64,000 nt of DNA, taken from positions 1-64,000 of the forward strand of contig CAWJKV010000012.1 of assembly GCA_963843555.1 (NCBI GenBank), written 5' to 3'. Origin of the DNA: an uncultured Methanosarcinales archaeon. Lineage in GTDB: Archaea; Halobacteriota; Methanosarcinia; Methanotrichales; Methanotrichaceae. Below are positions 11,400-23,756 of the stretch, in pieces; position 1 is the first letter of the stretch, and the number at the start of each line of letters is the position of its first letter. Below the pieces are notes generated by a model. It was not told the DNA's origin, ran no database searches, and worked only from the letters and a program-made list of their open reading frames with translations. The position numbers were made by a program, and so were the translations under genes.

Positions 11400-12506
11400 C
11401 TACCGCCTCCCTGGATTGGGAATTTTGCCATCCATAACGCGCTGAACAGAGCTGAAGAAGGGGTCTAGCGTACAGAGAGGTCCGGGGTGGGCTTCAGGGT
11501 GGTACTGTACGGCTAAAATGTTGAGCTTGTCGCTCCTAATGCCCTCAACTGTTCCGTCGTTGGCATTGAGCTGGGTGACCTTGAGGTCTGTTCCCTCTAC
11601 AGAATTTGGAACCACGGCAAAGTTGTGATTCTGAGAGGTGATGTAGACTATCTTCTTTTCCAGATCTTTGACGGGCTGATTGCCGCCATGGTGGCCAAAC
11701 TTGAGCTTGAAGGTTTGAGCTCCCAGGGCCAGGGAGATGACCTGGTGCCCCAGGCAAATTCCGAAGACAGGGATCTCGCCCGCGAAGTGCTTGACGGCTT
11801 TGATGGCCTCCGCGGCTCTTTCTGGATCGCCAGGACCATTGGAGAGGAATAGAGCCTCCGGACTTGTCGACTCAATCTCGGAGATGCTGGAATGGGCGGG
11901 AAAGACATGGATATCAAATCCGCGAGCGGATAGACTCTTCAGGATATGCCTCTTCATGCCCAGGTCGATCATGGCGATCCTCTTGCCGCGGCCTTCGATA
12001 TGGTAGCGATTGGCGCAGGTGACATCGCTCAAGAGATCCTGCGCCGAGATGTCGGGCAGAGATCGGGCCATTTTGACCACATCCAGTCCGGATATTTCAT
12101 CCTTCTCGCCCACGGCGATTGTCGCCCTCATCACGCCCTGCGTCCTCACCTTGAGTGTGAGCATGCGGGTATCAATCCCGCATAATCCGGGCTTGCCTTC
12201 CTCTTTCAGGAACTGATTCAGCGTCTTTAGAGATCGATGATGTGTGGGCCGGTCCCAGTATTCTCTGCTGACCATAGCCTTGGGCCATATCCGGTCTGAT
12301 TGAAGATCGTCTCCGCTTACGCCGTAGTTGCCCTGCAGAGGATAGGTGAACATGAGCATCTGTCCGTTATATGATGGATCGGTCAAAGCCTCCTCATAAC
12401 CGGACATAATGGTAGTAAAGACCAGTTCACCCGAGACCACACCGGGCGCGCCAAAACCGGTACCTTCCACCCTTGTACCGTCTTCTAACCCTAAGACCCC
12501 AATCAT
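11400..12506 (-). CDS. carA: Carbamoyl-phosphate synthase small subunit
   Basis: [33 protein letters not shown] and QYHPEA motifs. Start at [10 protein letters not shown]. Confidence 0.97.
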   Translation of the reverse strand: MIGVLGLEDGTRVEGTGFGAPGVVSGELVFTTIMSGYEEALTDPSYNGQMLMFTYPLQGNYGVSGDDLQSDRIWPKAMVSREYWDRPTHHRSLKTLNQFLKEEGKPGLCGIDTRMLTLKVRTQGVMRATIAVGEKDEISGLDVVKMARSLPDISAQDLLSDVTCANRYHIEGRGKRIAMIDLGMKRHILKSLSARGFDIHVFPAHSSISEIESTSPEALFLSNGPGDPERAAEAIKAVKHFAGEIPVFGICLGHQVISLALGAQTFKLKFGHHGGNQPVKDLEKKIVYITSQNHNFAVVPNSVEGTDLKVTQLNANDGTVEGIRSDKLNILAVQYHPEAHPGPLCTLDPFFSSVQRVMDGKIPNPGRR

Positions 12507-12630
12507 AGTATCGGCAACACAAGAAGCTAAGTCACCTAAATACATTTCGATGCCTGAAAATAGACTCCTGGCACGGCCAGCTCCCTGAAGATCACCATCT
12601 TTTTTAAGCTGGAGCCCATCTCCTTCTGGC

Positions 12631-12975
12631 ATGGAAGTATCCGTGGAGATTTTGCGCAGTTCCGATTTCAAGCAGGTCTATGCCATCGGCGCGATAGGCG
12701 GCCACAGCCCCTACGACTTTAGGATCGCTTTTTACAACGACTCGCCCAAATCCATGGTGGAGGGCGGCAAGAGTGTGACGGTCATGGAGCGAAAGATAGA
12801 GACGGAGATCATCCTCTCGCCTCTGGCTGCCAAGGAGCTGGCCAAATGGCTTGGCGACCACATCAAGGACTATGAGAAGGTCTTCGGAGAGATCAAGAGG
12901 CCTGGATCCGGGTCCAATGGCTCAGGCAATCCCGGGAAATCCGGCGACGTTACGCCCATCCAGGGCTATATGTGA
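12631..12975 (+). CDS. DUF3467-like protein
   Basis: QVYAIGAIGGHSPYDFRIAF..EIILSPLAAKELAKWL pattern. Confidence 0.7.
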   Translation: MEVSVEILRSSDFKQVYAIGAIGGHSPYDFRIAFYNDSPKSMVEGGKSVTVMERKIETEIILSPLAAKELAKWLGDHIKDYEKVFGEIKRPGSGSNGSGNPGKSGDVTPIQGYM

Positions 12976-12981
12976 GGCCTC

Positions 12982-13476
12982 ATGAATTCCAAAGAGAAAG
13001 TGCAGATTCACAGAGGCATGGACAAGGTCAAGAAGAAGGAGTACGATGCTGCTCTGGAGATCTTCGAGCGCGTCCTGGCCGCGAATCCGGATATCCCCGA
13101 AGCCTGGAACAATAAGGGCGTGACACTATATGGTCTTGGCCGCATCGAGGAGGCCAATGAATGCTACGATCGATGTCTTGCCCTCGATCCTGAGAACCTG
13201 GATGCCTTGAGGAACAAGGGTTTTTTGCTGCGAAACCAGAGGAAGCTGGAGGAAGCTCTGCAGGTTTACGATTCAGTGCTCCAGAAAGGAGGCGACGCCT
13301 TTGACATGGAATCCACAGCCGCAGTGCTTGCGGCTTTGGGAAGGCTGGAAGAAGCCTTGAATTGCCTCTACCTAGCCAGGGAGGCGATGCCCCTGGAGCG
13401 CTTCGAAGAGGAGATCGGGATGATTCAGGATAAGATTTCCGCAAGAAGCGGTACTGACACCGAGGGGAATGAATGA
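12982..13476 (+). CDS. Tetratricopeptide repeat protein
   Basis: EAWNNKGVTLYGLGRIEEANECYDRCLALDP-type repeats. Confidence 0.9.
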   Translation: MNSKEKVQIHRGMDKVKKKEYDAALEIFERVLAANPDIPEAWNNKGVTLYGLGRIEEANECYDRCLALDPENLDALRNKGFLLRNQRKLEEALQVYDSVLQKGGDAFDMESTAAVLAALGRLEEALNCLYLAREAMPLERFEEEIGMIQDKISARSGTDTEGNE

Positions 13477-13487
13477 GGTGACCGGAT

Positions 13488-13721
13488 TTGAAGGGTTTCA
13501 TTATGATAAACGTTGAGCCTGGAACGGAAAAAGCGGTCCACGATTGCCTGGAGCAAGTCAAGGGGATTCGTGAGGTTGTGCCAGTCTACGGGGAGAGGGA
13601 CTTCATCGCCATAGCTGATGTGGAGAGCATATCCGATCTCAATCGTGCCGTATTGAATATCAGGGAGATCTCTGGAGTAACTTATACCCAAACGATACTT
13701 GGCATGGAGTTAAAGTTCTAG
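13488..13721 (+). CDS. Lrp/AsnC ligand-binding domain protein
   Basis: 77 aa, FIMINVEPG..VYGERDFIA..IREISGVTYTQT. Confidence 0.85.
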   Translation: MKGFIMINVEPGTEKAVHDCLEQVKGIREVVPVYGERDFIAIADVESISDLNRAVLNIREISGVTYTQTILGMELKF

Positions 13722-13727
13722 AAAAAG

Positions 13728-14924
13728 ATGCGATCTTTTAAAGATTTCGGCTCGCTCGCGCCTCTTTATCTGGCCGTCTTCGTCGTCGTCCTGGGATTCT
13801 CTCTGGTCGTGCCATTCTTTGCGAGCTATGCCTTGAATCTGGGCGCGTCCTACACCATGCTCGGGTTTATCGTCTCCATCTATGGAGCGGCGCAGCTCGT
13901 CACTCAGATACCTGTAGGCCGTCTCTCTGATCGGGTGGGGAGAAAGAAGTTACTTCTGCTGGGACTGGTCACCTTCTCCTTCCTGCCTCCACTCTACATC
14001 TATGCGAATAACGCTTATTCTCTTCTGTTCATCAGGGCTCTGGGCGGAGTGGGGGCTTCCTTAGTCTGGCCTACGGCCATGGCATTGATCATCGATCAAG
14101 CCCGCCCCCAGAGCAGAGGAGCCGCCATGGGCCTCTACAATGCTGCTTTCTTCTCTGCTCTGGCATTGGGGCCGTTTATCGGGGGAGTGCTCTATGACTT
14201 CCTGGGCAGCACGGCCCCCTTCTATTTCTGGGCTTTTCTGGGAACCGCATCGGTCGTCATAGTCTATCGCAATGTCGCTGAGCCGATCAAGACGGAGGTG
14301 CAGATTGGATTATTGCCGCAAAAAGGAAAAGAGCCGCTCATCGCCTCAGGGTACCGTAACACATTTCTTGCCTGCTGCTCCGTCGTTCTTTGGTCGGGTG
14401 TTGTGGGCGGCTTCAACTTCATCATGCTGCCGGCTTATGCTGCCGGGCTTGGCCTCTCCACCACGGATGTGGGACTGATTTACCTGGTCTACGGAGGCTG
14501 CACGGCTCTGTCGAATATCTATTTTGGCCGCCAGGCCGACCGGGGCAGAAGAAAACTGCTTATCTTCGCCGGCTGTATGGCCGGATTGGTCTCTTTTGCC
14601 TTTCTGTTGGGGGCTGGGACAATGGTCCAGGTCTCCATCCTCTTCGCGGGACTGGGATTGGGCCTCGGCATGAGCAGCCCGGCAGCCGCAGCGCTCATCG
14701 CTGATACCACTTGCCCGGCACGCAGGGGCGAGATCTACGGCATATTCAATACCGCTCGCATGTCTGGTGTTGTGGTGGGGCCTCTCATCGCAGGATTGAC
14801 AGCAGACCTGCATGGAATTGACGGCGCGATCTTTGCCTTCACTTTATTGGCAGCCGCCATTACTTTTGGGACTCTGATCATCCGAGAGCCGCGAGATCGA
14901 ATGATATGCAGCGCTAAGATTTAG
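13728..14924 (+). CDS. MFS transporter
   Basis: About 12 TM segments. Motif A GRLSDRVGRKK and GRQADRGRRK. Confidence 0.93.
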   Translation: MRSFKDFGSLAPLYLAVFVVVLGFSLVVPFFASYALNLGASYTMLGFIVSIYGAAQLVTQIPVGRLSDRVGRKKLLLLGLVTFSFLPPLYIYANNAYSLLFIRALGGVGASLVWPTAMALIIDQARPQSRGAAMGLYNAAFFSALALGPFIGGVLYDFLGSTAPFYFWAFLGTASVVIVYRNVAEPIKTEVQIGLLPQKGKEPLIASGYRNTFLACCSVVLWSGVVGGFNFIMLPAYAAGLGLSTTDVGLIYLVYGGCTALSNIYFGRQADRGRRKLLIFAGCMAGLVSFAFLLGAGTMVQVSILFAGLGLGLGMSSPAAAALIADTTCPARRGEIYGIFNTARMSGVVVGPLIAGLTADLHGIDGAIFAFTLLAAAITFGTLIIREPRDRMICSAKI

Positions 14925-15011
14925 ATCATATGATCAACCTTGAGGGTTCAATAGGATCTTCTCGTCCGGAAGGAAAAATAGAAAATACAAAATTTTTAAA
15001 TTTCTTTTATC

Positions 15012-15409
15012 TCACAACGCTCCTGAGGTTTTCAAAGTAGTCCAGGAACCTTGCGCGCCTACCCTTAGAGAGGATTTGCTCTGGGCGTACTTCATATTGT
15101 TTTCCAGGTGTTCACCAAAGGTTGCCTGGACCGGTGGAAGTGCACTGGGACTCTTGCTACCGATTTGTATGGTGCTGGATTTGTTGGTAAAGCTAACTGG
15201 TATGGCGTCATTGTAGAACCCTTCGCCCAGGAGCGGGAAAAAGGAGCATCTACGATTTCCAGAGCTGGCATATCAGCCGGCTTGAATGTGGCGCTCTGCA
15301 TGGGCGTTCCCATCTGGAAAAAGCTGGGATCGTCGTGAAGCCACATTGTCCCCAAAGCGGAACCCGCCAGAATGAAGAGTATGGCCACGGGAATCAGGTA
15401 TTTCGTCAT
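15012..15409 (-). CDS. Secreted hypothetical protein (probable frameshift near the 3' end)
   Basis: Signal peptide MTKYLIPVAILFILAGSALG. A plausible continuation in another frame reaches a stop at 15012. Confidence 0.55.
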
Positions 15410-15688
15410 GGATTTTCCACCTGACTTCAAGAGGATTTAAAGCTATCTGATCTTCAACTTCAGTCTTCTTCTAGATGCTTGTCCAAGAGTGCATTCCGCC
15501 GTAACTCCAATTCCCGAAGACCAAATTTACGTCTGGATCTGCAATATCAAGCCATTTGTATCTAAAAATATTGAAAATCAAAAAAGAGAGATGAGATGGG
15601 GCTGTCTTTTGCTCCATCTCCATGAGATCTTTTCTGACAGACGATACGCTGAGCCATTCGATTACAAAGGTCAATTACTGGCCTTCTA

Positions 15689-18600
15689 TCACCTGGCCAT
15701 TCCCAGTGGAACCACTCTTCTGCCCACCAGATTGAGAAGACGGTAGTCCTGGCCTACCGCGCTGTCGTAACCAGTTGGCGGAGAGTGCTTTCCGTCTCCG
15801 ACGTAGACGAAGATCGTGTAGTTGCCTGCATCAGATGGAGAACTCAACCACGTCCACTGGTTCTTGGTCGACCAGTCCTGCACTATACTCCAGGCATTGC
15901 CCGTAGAGGGGCCCTTCAGCCAGAACCGATAGAAGACCGGATCTTTATTGACATCAGTGGCCGTAGCAGTCCATCTCACTGGCGTTCCGGCACCCTGCGG
16001 GCTGGGCCGGTTGGCAGCAAGAGCTGTCAGCCTGGGTGGCTGATTGGAGATGAGGATGTAAGGTGCTCCCAATGCACTGTCATAACCGGTTGCTGGATTA
16101 TGCCGACCATCCCTGACGTAGACATAGACTGTATAGGCTCCTCCATCGTTGGGAAGACTTGGACCAGGTCCACTGGTTTTTAGTCGACCAGTCCTGCACT
16201 ATCTTCCAGGCGTAGGCTGTGGAGGGTCCCTTCAGCCAGAATCTGTACTGCAATCTATCTCCATCCGGATCTGCTGCCATTGCGGTCCAGATAATTGGCG
16301 CACCTGCAGTCTGCGAACTGGGTTTATCCGGCTTCAGGGAGATCAGAGTCGGCGGCTGATTAGGCCGCAGCACTGTGAAGAGGGCCCCAACATCGTCATC
16401 CCATCCGCCGGGGCTGGCGTGCTTGCCATCCATCACCTGCAACTGAATCTCGCTCGTTCCCGCGTCAGCAGGAGTTGTGGGCCAGACCCATGTTGGATCT
16501 GTAGACCAATCACGGACCAGTTTCCAATATCCTCCTGTTGAGAGTCCCTTCAACCAGTACCTGTAGTACACCAGGTCGCCTTCACGGTCCATGGCCGTGG
16601 CTGACCACCGGATAGTGGCGCCTATGGGCTGCGGACTTGGTAGATTCGTGCCAAAGCCTGTGATAATCGGCGGTTGGTTCAGGTTGACGATGTAGTAGCT
16701 GGCGACATCATAGTCGTCCGAGCCACCAGGTCCGGCATGCTTTCCGTCCCGAACTGCAACCAGCACCTGGCTATAGCCTACATCCCTCGGGTTGGTTCTC
16801 CAGATCCAGCGGTTGTTCTTGCTCCAACCGGTCTGGTCCATCCAGAATCCGCTTGTAGAAGGCCCGCGCAGGTAGAACTTGTACTGCAGGGGATCGCCCT
16901 CAGGATCAGAGGCGACTGCTGTCCACTTGATCCAGCTTCCTGCAAACTGGGGTGCCGGCCGATCGGCGAAGAGCACACGAACTCTCGGGGGCAGGTTGGC
17001 GATGGTCAAGGTGAAGGAAACCGTCTTCTTAACATCGAAGCCCTTCGCATCGGCGTGCTTGCCGTCTCTTATCCAGACCTCGACCTGATATGTTCCCGCC
17101 GCCTTGCCGGCAGTGTTCCAGGTCCAGACGTTGTTTGAAGAGTAGCCGGTATCCAGGTTTGTCCCGGGTCCTTTTACAAAGAACCTGAACTGCAAGGGGT
17201 CGTCATCTGTTGCACCCGCTGTCCAGATAATTGGCGTTCCGGACTTCTGGGGGCTGCTCTTGTCGGGAGTCAGTGTGGGGTTGACGGGCAGAGGATTCGA
17301 GTTTCCGAAGTCCTTTCCTGTGGCACTGGTTGTGGTTGCATCCAGTGTTACTGTATGCTTGCCCCCTGCCGGAGCCCTTGCCGTCCAGCCAGTCTGCTGA
17401 ACCTCGCGGATCACATAGGTCCCGGGCGCTAGACCCGTGAAGCTGTAGGAGCCGTCTGCTGCCGTGGTCTTGGTCTGTTTGACGGTTCCTTCTGGCTGCT
17501 CCAGGTTAATGGTCCAGCCTGCCAGGCCCAGCTCACCTGGATCTCTGGCGCTGTTGGCATTCAGGTCGTTGTACTTCACGCCCGTGATGGATTGAGCTTC
17601 CACTCTATTTCCAAAGTCGTTGTTCTTGGATTCCGTGGGCGGGGCTTTGAAGGGGAAGGATATGGTGAAGCTTCCACTCGCCGGAGCGGTCTGGGTCCAG
17701 CCGGTCCTTGAGATCTCGCTGACCTTGTAAGTGCCGGGGATGAGCTTTTCGAACTTATAGGTCCCATCTGCGGCCGTTGTTGTGGTGCGGGTGGGAAGCG
17801 GTTTGCCAAACCAGGTAGTTCCATTCAAGACCATGTCCCAACCGGGCACAGCCGGCTCACCCGAGTCCTTGGCTGCGTTGCCGTTCAGGTCATTGTATTT
17901 CACGCCCGAGATAGAATTTTTTCCAACCATTCCGAAGTTGGCATTGACCACATTAGTAGTCCTGACTGTCTCTGTGATGGTAGGAGGGGTGGTCAGGATC
18001 AAACCGGCCGGAACTGGATCGTTTATGGCGTAGGTCCCGGGAAGGACGTTCTTGAAGCTGTACAATCCGTTATCGTCGGTGGTGGTATTGGCCACAACCT
18101 TGCCGTCCTGGACCAGGCTCACATCGCCGCCTGGAATACCCGGCTCATCAGCATCTTGAACTCCGTTGCCATTGATATCGTAGTACTTCTGGCCGGAGAT
18201 GGACAGATCTCCACGGTTGCCGAAATCCCTAGCGGTTGCATCGGCGTCCTTGAGCTCCACGGTGTGAGAGCCCTCAGGCGCGGTCTGAACCCAGCCATCT
18301 ATTGCCGCCTCGCTTATGGTGTAAGTGCCCGGAGCAAGGTTACGGAAGGCATAGGACCCATCCTGGCCGGTTGTGGTGGCGTTGATGACATTGCCATTTT
18401 GTGAGAGCTGAATGCTGCGATCAGCCTGGCCCGTCTCACCATCATCCCTGACGCCATTGCTGTTGGAGTCCAGGAAACTGGTTCCGGATATGGCAAAGGA
18501 GCCATGGTTGCCAAAGTCTTTTCCTGTTGCATCGCTATCGGTCAGATCTATGGTGTAGGATCCTTCTTGGGGTGCAGTCCTGGTCCAGCCGGACTGCTCG

Positions 18601-21600
18601 ACCTCGGCCACTGTGTAGCTGCCGGGCGTCAGGTCCGCGAACTTGTAGGTTCCGTCCTGCCCGGTGATGGTGGTATTGACCGCGCTGCCGTCTCTGGAGA
18701 GCTGAACCGTCCAGCCTTCCATTCCCGGCTCGCCGTCAAAGGCTCCGTTGCCATTGAGGTCGTTGTACTTCATGCCGGATATGGTGTATTGAGTCAGCTC
18801 ATTGGCGAAGTCCAGGTTGTTGGCATCGCTATTCGACAGATCCACGCTATGAGATCCGCTTTCGGGATTGATGGCCCTCCAGCCGGATGGTAAGGTTGCG
18901 CGGACGGTGTAGCTTCCGGCTTCGAGTTGTCCAAAGCTGTATGATCCATCCTCTTTGGTCATGACGCTGACCTGGCTGTTATCCGGCTTGACAAGTTGAA
19001 TTGTCCAGCCAGCCAGAGCTTCGCCGCTATCTATCTGACTGTTGCCGTTCTTATCCTCATAAGCCGTGCCTGAGATGTTCAGCGTGGGCTCGTTGAGGGT
19101 GAAGTAGCCGGACAGCTCGTTGTCAAAGCCGTCTTCAGCCGCGTGCTTTCCGTCTCTCACCTGGGCTTTGACCTGATTTTCGCCCGCGTCACCCGCGGAT
19201 GTCTCCCATGTCCAGGTGCTGGCGGTGCTCCAGTCCGTCTCGGGCTGCCAGGCGCCGTTTGTTGCCGGTCCATTGAGGAAGAACCTGTATAGCAACGGAT
19301 CCATATCCGCATCAGTGGCGTTGGCGGTCCAGGTTACGGTCACGCCCGGCCTCTGGGGGCTGGCGATATCCGGTATCAGAGAGTTCAGGATAGGTGTCTG
19401 ATTCTCCACCGTAGGAGCCGTAATCGCCGTCTCATTTGCGGGCGCCTCTACTTCGGTCACGTTTTCAGGTGCGATTGGTGTGGTGATGTTCTCCTCTGAG
19501 GGCGGAGTGACAGTCTCCGGGGCGATCACTATGGGTTCTGTCACATTCTCTGCCGGAGCGGTGACGTTTGCCGCTGGGCTCACTTCAACCGGCTCAATTT
19601 CGGGCGCAGGTGCGCTAATGGTGAACTCGGCGCTCCTGTTGCCGTTCTCGCCCTGCGGTCCATCGTGCTGGTCGTCTCTCACCTGTACAGTAACCAGGCT
19701 GGTGCCAGGCACTGCTGCCGTCCAGGCGAATTGACTCTGAGACTGCCAGTCAGAAGCAGGCGTGTCGTTGACCAGGAACCGGTAAGAGATCTGATCGGAT
19801 TCAGGATCACTGGCCTCAGCCGTCCAGGTAACAGTGGTTCCCAGGAGCTGCGGGCTGGCCTGGTCTGCGGCCAGATTGGTAATGCTTGGCGATTCGTTGA
19901 GAGTGACCGGCTCGATAACGGCGGGCGCAATCTCAACTATTTCGGGCACTACTTCTGGAGCGCTAATGGTGAACTCGGCACTCCTGTTGCCGTTCTCGCC
20001 CTGAGGTCCATCGTGCTGGTCATCTCTCACCTGCACAGTAACCAGGCTGGTGCCGGGCACTGCTGCCATCCAGGCGAATTGGTTTTGGGACTGCCAGTCG
20101 GAAGCTGGAGTGTCGTTGACCAGGAACCGATAGGAGATCGGATCGGATTCAGGATCACTGGCCTCAGCCGTCCAGGTAACCATGGTTCCCAGGAGCTGCG
20201 GGCTGGCCTGGTCTGCCGCGAGATTGGTTACTGCAGGCGGATTGTTGGGCGGAGCCTCTATGGCGAAATTGATCGCCTGAGAGCTGTCCCCCTCCGGGTT
20301 GTGATTATTGTCCCGAACTCTGACCTCGATGCTGTGCGATCCGATGTCCGTAGCGGATGTAGTCCAGGTCCAGCTCGGATTTTCGGAGAAATCGGTCCGG
20401 GGCAGGCCGTCCAGGAGGAATATGTACTGCAGTGGATCGTTCTCAGGGTCTGATGCCGTTGCCGTAAAGGTGACTGTGGCGCCGACAACCTGCGGGCTGG
20501 CCTGGTCTGCAGCCAGATTGGTTACTGCAGGCGGATTGTTGGGCGGAGCCTCTATGGCGAAATCGATCGCTTGAGAGCTGTCTCCTTCTGGGTTGTGCTG
20601 ATTGTCACGAGCTCTGACCTCGATGCTGTGCGATCCGATATCCACTGCGGATGTAGTCCAGGTCCAGCTCGGATTTGCAGAGAAATCGGTCCGGGGCAGG
20701 CCATCCAGGAGGAATATGTACTGCAGTGGATCGTTCTCCGGGTCTGATGCCGTTGCCGTAAAGGTTACTGCCGCGCCAACAACTTGCGGGCTGGCCTGGT
20801 CTGCAGCCAGATTGGTTACTGATGGCGGATTGTTTGGCGGAGCCTCTATGGCGAAATTGATGGCCTGAGAGCTGTCTCCTTCTGGATTGTGCTTACTGTC
20901 GCGAGCTCGGACCTCGATGCTGTGCGATCCTATGTCGACAGCGGATGTAGTCCAGGTCCAGCTCGGATTTGCAGAGAAATCGGTCTGGGGAAGGCCGTCC
21001 AGGAGGAATATGTACTGCAGTGGATCGTTCTCCGGGTCTGAGGCCGTTGCCGTAAAGGTTACGGCCGCGCCAACAACTTGCGGGCTGGCCTGGTCTGCAG
21101 CCAGATTGGTTACTGATGGCGGATTGTTTGGCGGAGCCTCTATGGCGAAATTGATCGCTTGAGAGCTGTCTCCTTCTGGGTTGTGCTTATTGTCACGAGC
21201 TCGGACCTCGATGCTGTGCGATCCTATGTCGGCAGCGGATGTAGTCCAGGTCCAGCTCGGATTTGCAGAGAAATCGGTACGGGGCTGGCCGTCCAGGAGG
21301 AATCTGTACTGCAATGGATCGTTCTCAGGGTCTGATGCCGTTGCCGTAAAGGCTATTGTGGCGCCAACAACTTGCGGGCTGGCCTGGTCTGCAGCCAGAT
21401 TGGTTACTGATGGCGGATTGTTAGGCGGAGCCTCTATGGCGAAATTGATCGCCTGAGAGCTGTCTCCTTCCGGGTTGTGCTGATTGTCACGAGCTCTAAC
21501 CTCGATGCTGTGCGATCCGATGTCGGCAGCGGATGTTGTCCAGGTCCAGCTCGGATTTTCAGAGAAATCGGTACGGGGCTGGCCGTCCAGGAAGAACCTG

Positions 21601-22406
21601 TACTGCAATGGATCGTTCTCAGGGTCTGACGCCCTTGCCGTAAAGGTTACGGCAGCGCCAGCAACCTGGGGGCTGGCCTGGTCCGGGGCCAAGCTCCCCA
21701 TAGCGGGGGGCAGATTTACGGGTATAATTTCAACTGGAGGGACGATCTGTTCCGGGATCTGTACGGCCTGCTGTTCGGGCGCGCTTACTGGCGGTACCAA
21801 TTCCGCGGCAGGAGGCGCGGCGATGGCCGGAGCCTGTGGCTGAATTATCTGGTAGTCCACTATTCTTTCAACGGGTTTGGATTCCGGGCCCGCATGCGCC
21901 GGGTCTCGGACCCATACGCTGATCTGGTATCTTCCAGCGTCTCCAGAAGTGGTATTCCAATACCAGATATTTTCCGGGATCCATTGGGTTGCAGGCAACC
22001 ATACATCTCTGGTGGAAGGCCCTTTTATCCGGAACATATAGGATAATGGGTCATCCTCAGGATCCGCTGCTCGAACGGTCCATTTTATGGAACTGCCTGC
22101 TTCCTGGGGCCCGGGCTTATCGGGCTCGAAGCTGATGATATTTGGCTCCTGGTTGAAGCCCTGCTCTGCCATGGAATCGTCCTGAGAGAAGGGACTCGTC
22201 TCACCTGGGAATCCCGGCATCTGGTCTTGCGCGCTGGCCGGTGCATTAAAAAGCACTCCTAAAACCAGAACCATTGCAAAGACGAGAAATACGTTCATGT
22301 AACTCTGTTTTAGAAATAGTTTGAATTTTGCTTTAATTTCGCTCTTGCTATCCTTTTTATGCATATCCTCACTCTCCACTTCCTCTAACCCACTCATTAT
22401 AAGCAA
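15689..22406 (-). CDS. Giant cell-surface protein (~2200 aa): Ig/PKD-like repeats, six SdrD-B/CnaB-like domains, Y_Y_Y-like repeats; frameshift near 16130
   Basis: N-terminal hydrophobic signal, tandem 98-aa units, DxNGNG..D.GE Ca-binding-type loops and DFGN domain ends. ORF 15689-16072 continues the same repeat family. Confidence 0.85.
19612..21716 (-). repeat. Intragenic tandem repeats: five ~294-bp units plus two related units
   Basis: NNPP.VTNLAADQASPQ...EGDSSQAI.FAIEAPP recurs every 98 codons with near-identical DNA. Confidence 0.95.
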
Positions 22407-22581
22407 TTTTCACGATCAAAAACTGGGCACCGATGATTATGAATCTATTTTTCACATTGATGCCTTATCAATGCCCATCTCCCTATGCAATCTCATGTGA
22501 GTTCTCTGTGAGCCTTGTATGGATTTAATCCCTGAGCTCCAGGGAAGGTTATGTATCCATGAGACCAAAGAGTCCTTATCT

Positions 22582-23089
22582 TCAGGCAAAGGGATGTTTC
22601 GCAGAATCCCTTTTGGCCAGTATCTCCATCGGCTTAGGCTCTTTAGCAACTGCGCGTTCGATGGCAAGCTTTGTGGCCTGATAGTTATATTCGAAAACCT
22701 TCTTCTTGTCTTTAGCATCCCACTCTATGAATACAGATACTATAATAAACAAATCTTCGGCGAGCTCTTCTGGCAGGACCCCAGCGCTCACGCAGTCCAT
22801 TACCGCTTTTGCGACAGCCATCTGGGCGGGGCCGAATATAAGTACAGCCTGCCCGGCATCTTTAATGGTAACCTTATTCACCATTAAAGTGTGTGGCTTC
22901 GCGGGCAAATTGGGCTCAAGGACAGCCAGCAAAGGCGTGTGTCCCATGGCAGGCGACGCCAGAGAATTAACAAATGCCTGTTCCACAGTGCTGCCTCTGG
23001 ACCCTATTACCAGATCGATATGCGCGACTCTCGGATCCTTCTCCGACCAGCGCTTCTCCTACCAGTACGTTTTCGAAAGCATGCATCAT
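22582..23089 (-). CDS. fae: Formaldehyde-activating enzyme (stand-alone Fae), frameshift near 23030
   Basis: VLVGEALVGEG..AHIDLVIG, GHTPLLAVLEPNL, FGPAQMAVAKAV, YNYQATKLAI and C-terminal HPF. Confidence 0.92.
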
Positions 23090-23203
23090 ACACAACGTTA
23101 CTCTTTTTCCTATAAATTTGTACTCTAAGCCTGCGGTAAGTACCTACAATGAAGTCCTATCCGCCAAAAAATATATCATCATAATACAGCCCTTTGTGCT
23201 GCA

Positions 23204-23749
23204 ATGCGAATACTCGTAGTCAACAACTATGGACAGTTCAATCATCTCATCCGGCGCAGCATCAGAGAAAAGGTGGAGGCTGATCTCATCTCCAACCAGA
23301 CGCCACCTGAGGAGATCATCGCAGACGGTTTGATCCTGGGCGGAGGACCTGCATTGGAGCGCGCCGGACGTTGCGGCGATTACCTGCGGGATTTGGATAT
23401 CCCCATCCTGGGAATATGCCTGGGCATGCAGCTCATGGGCACGACTTTTGGAGGGCGGGTTGAAGCAGGCAACATCGGCGGCTACGCAGAAGTCGATGTG
23501 AAGGTCATCAAGGAGAACGACATCCTTAGGGGATTTCCGCCTATTTTCAAAACATGGGCATCGCATATGGACCAGGTGGTGGAGCTTCCCCTCGATTTCG
23601 AGATTCTGGCCTCATCCAATGTCTGCGAGATCGAGTCCATGAAGCACTTGAAGAGACCTCTGTACGGAGTGCAGTGGCATCCCGAGGTCGTGCATACCGA
23701 ACACGGGCAGGAGCTCCTGGACAACTTCATCGCCATATGCAAGCATTGA
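23204..23749 (+). CDS. guaAA: GMP synthase subunit A (glutamine amidotransferase)
   Basis: NNYGQFNHLI, GICLGMQ and GVQWHPEV motifs. Confidence 0.93.
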   Translation: MRILVVNNYGQFNHLIRRSIREKVEADLISNQTPPEEIIADGLILGGGPALERAGRCGDYLRDLDIPILGICLGMQLMGTTFGGRVEAGNIGGYAEVDVKVIKENDILRGFPPIFKTWASHMDQVVELPLDFEILASSNVCEIESMKHLKRPLYGVQWHPEVVHTEHGQELLDNFIAICKH

Positions 23750-23756
23750 TCGCTAT

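Noticed and set aside
19612..21716. CRISPR array or diversity-generating repeats
   Set aside because: The units are in-frame 294-bp protein domains with no spacers, and no cas or reverse transcriptase genes are present.
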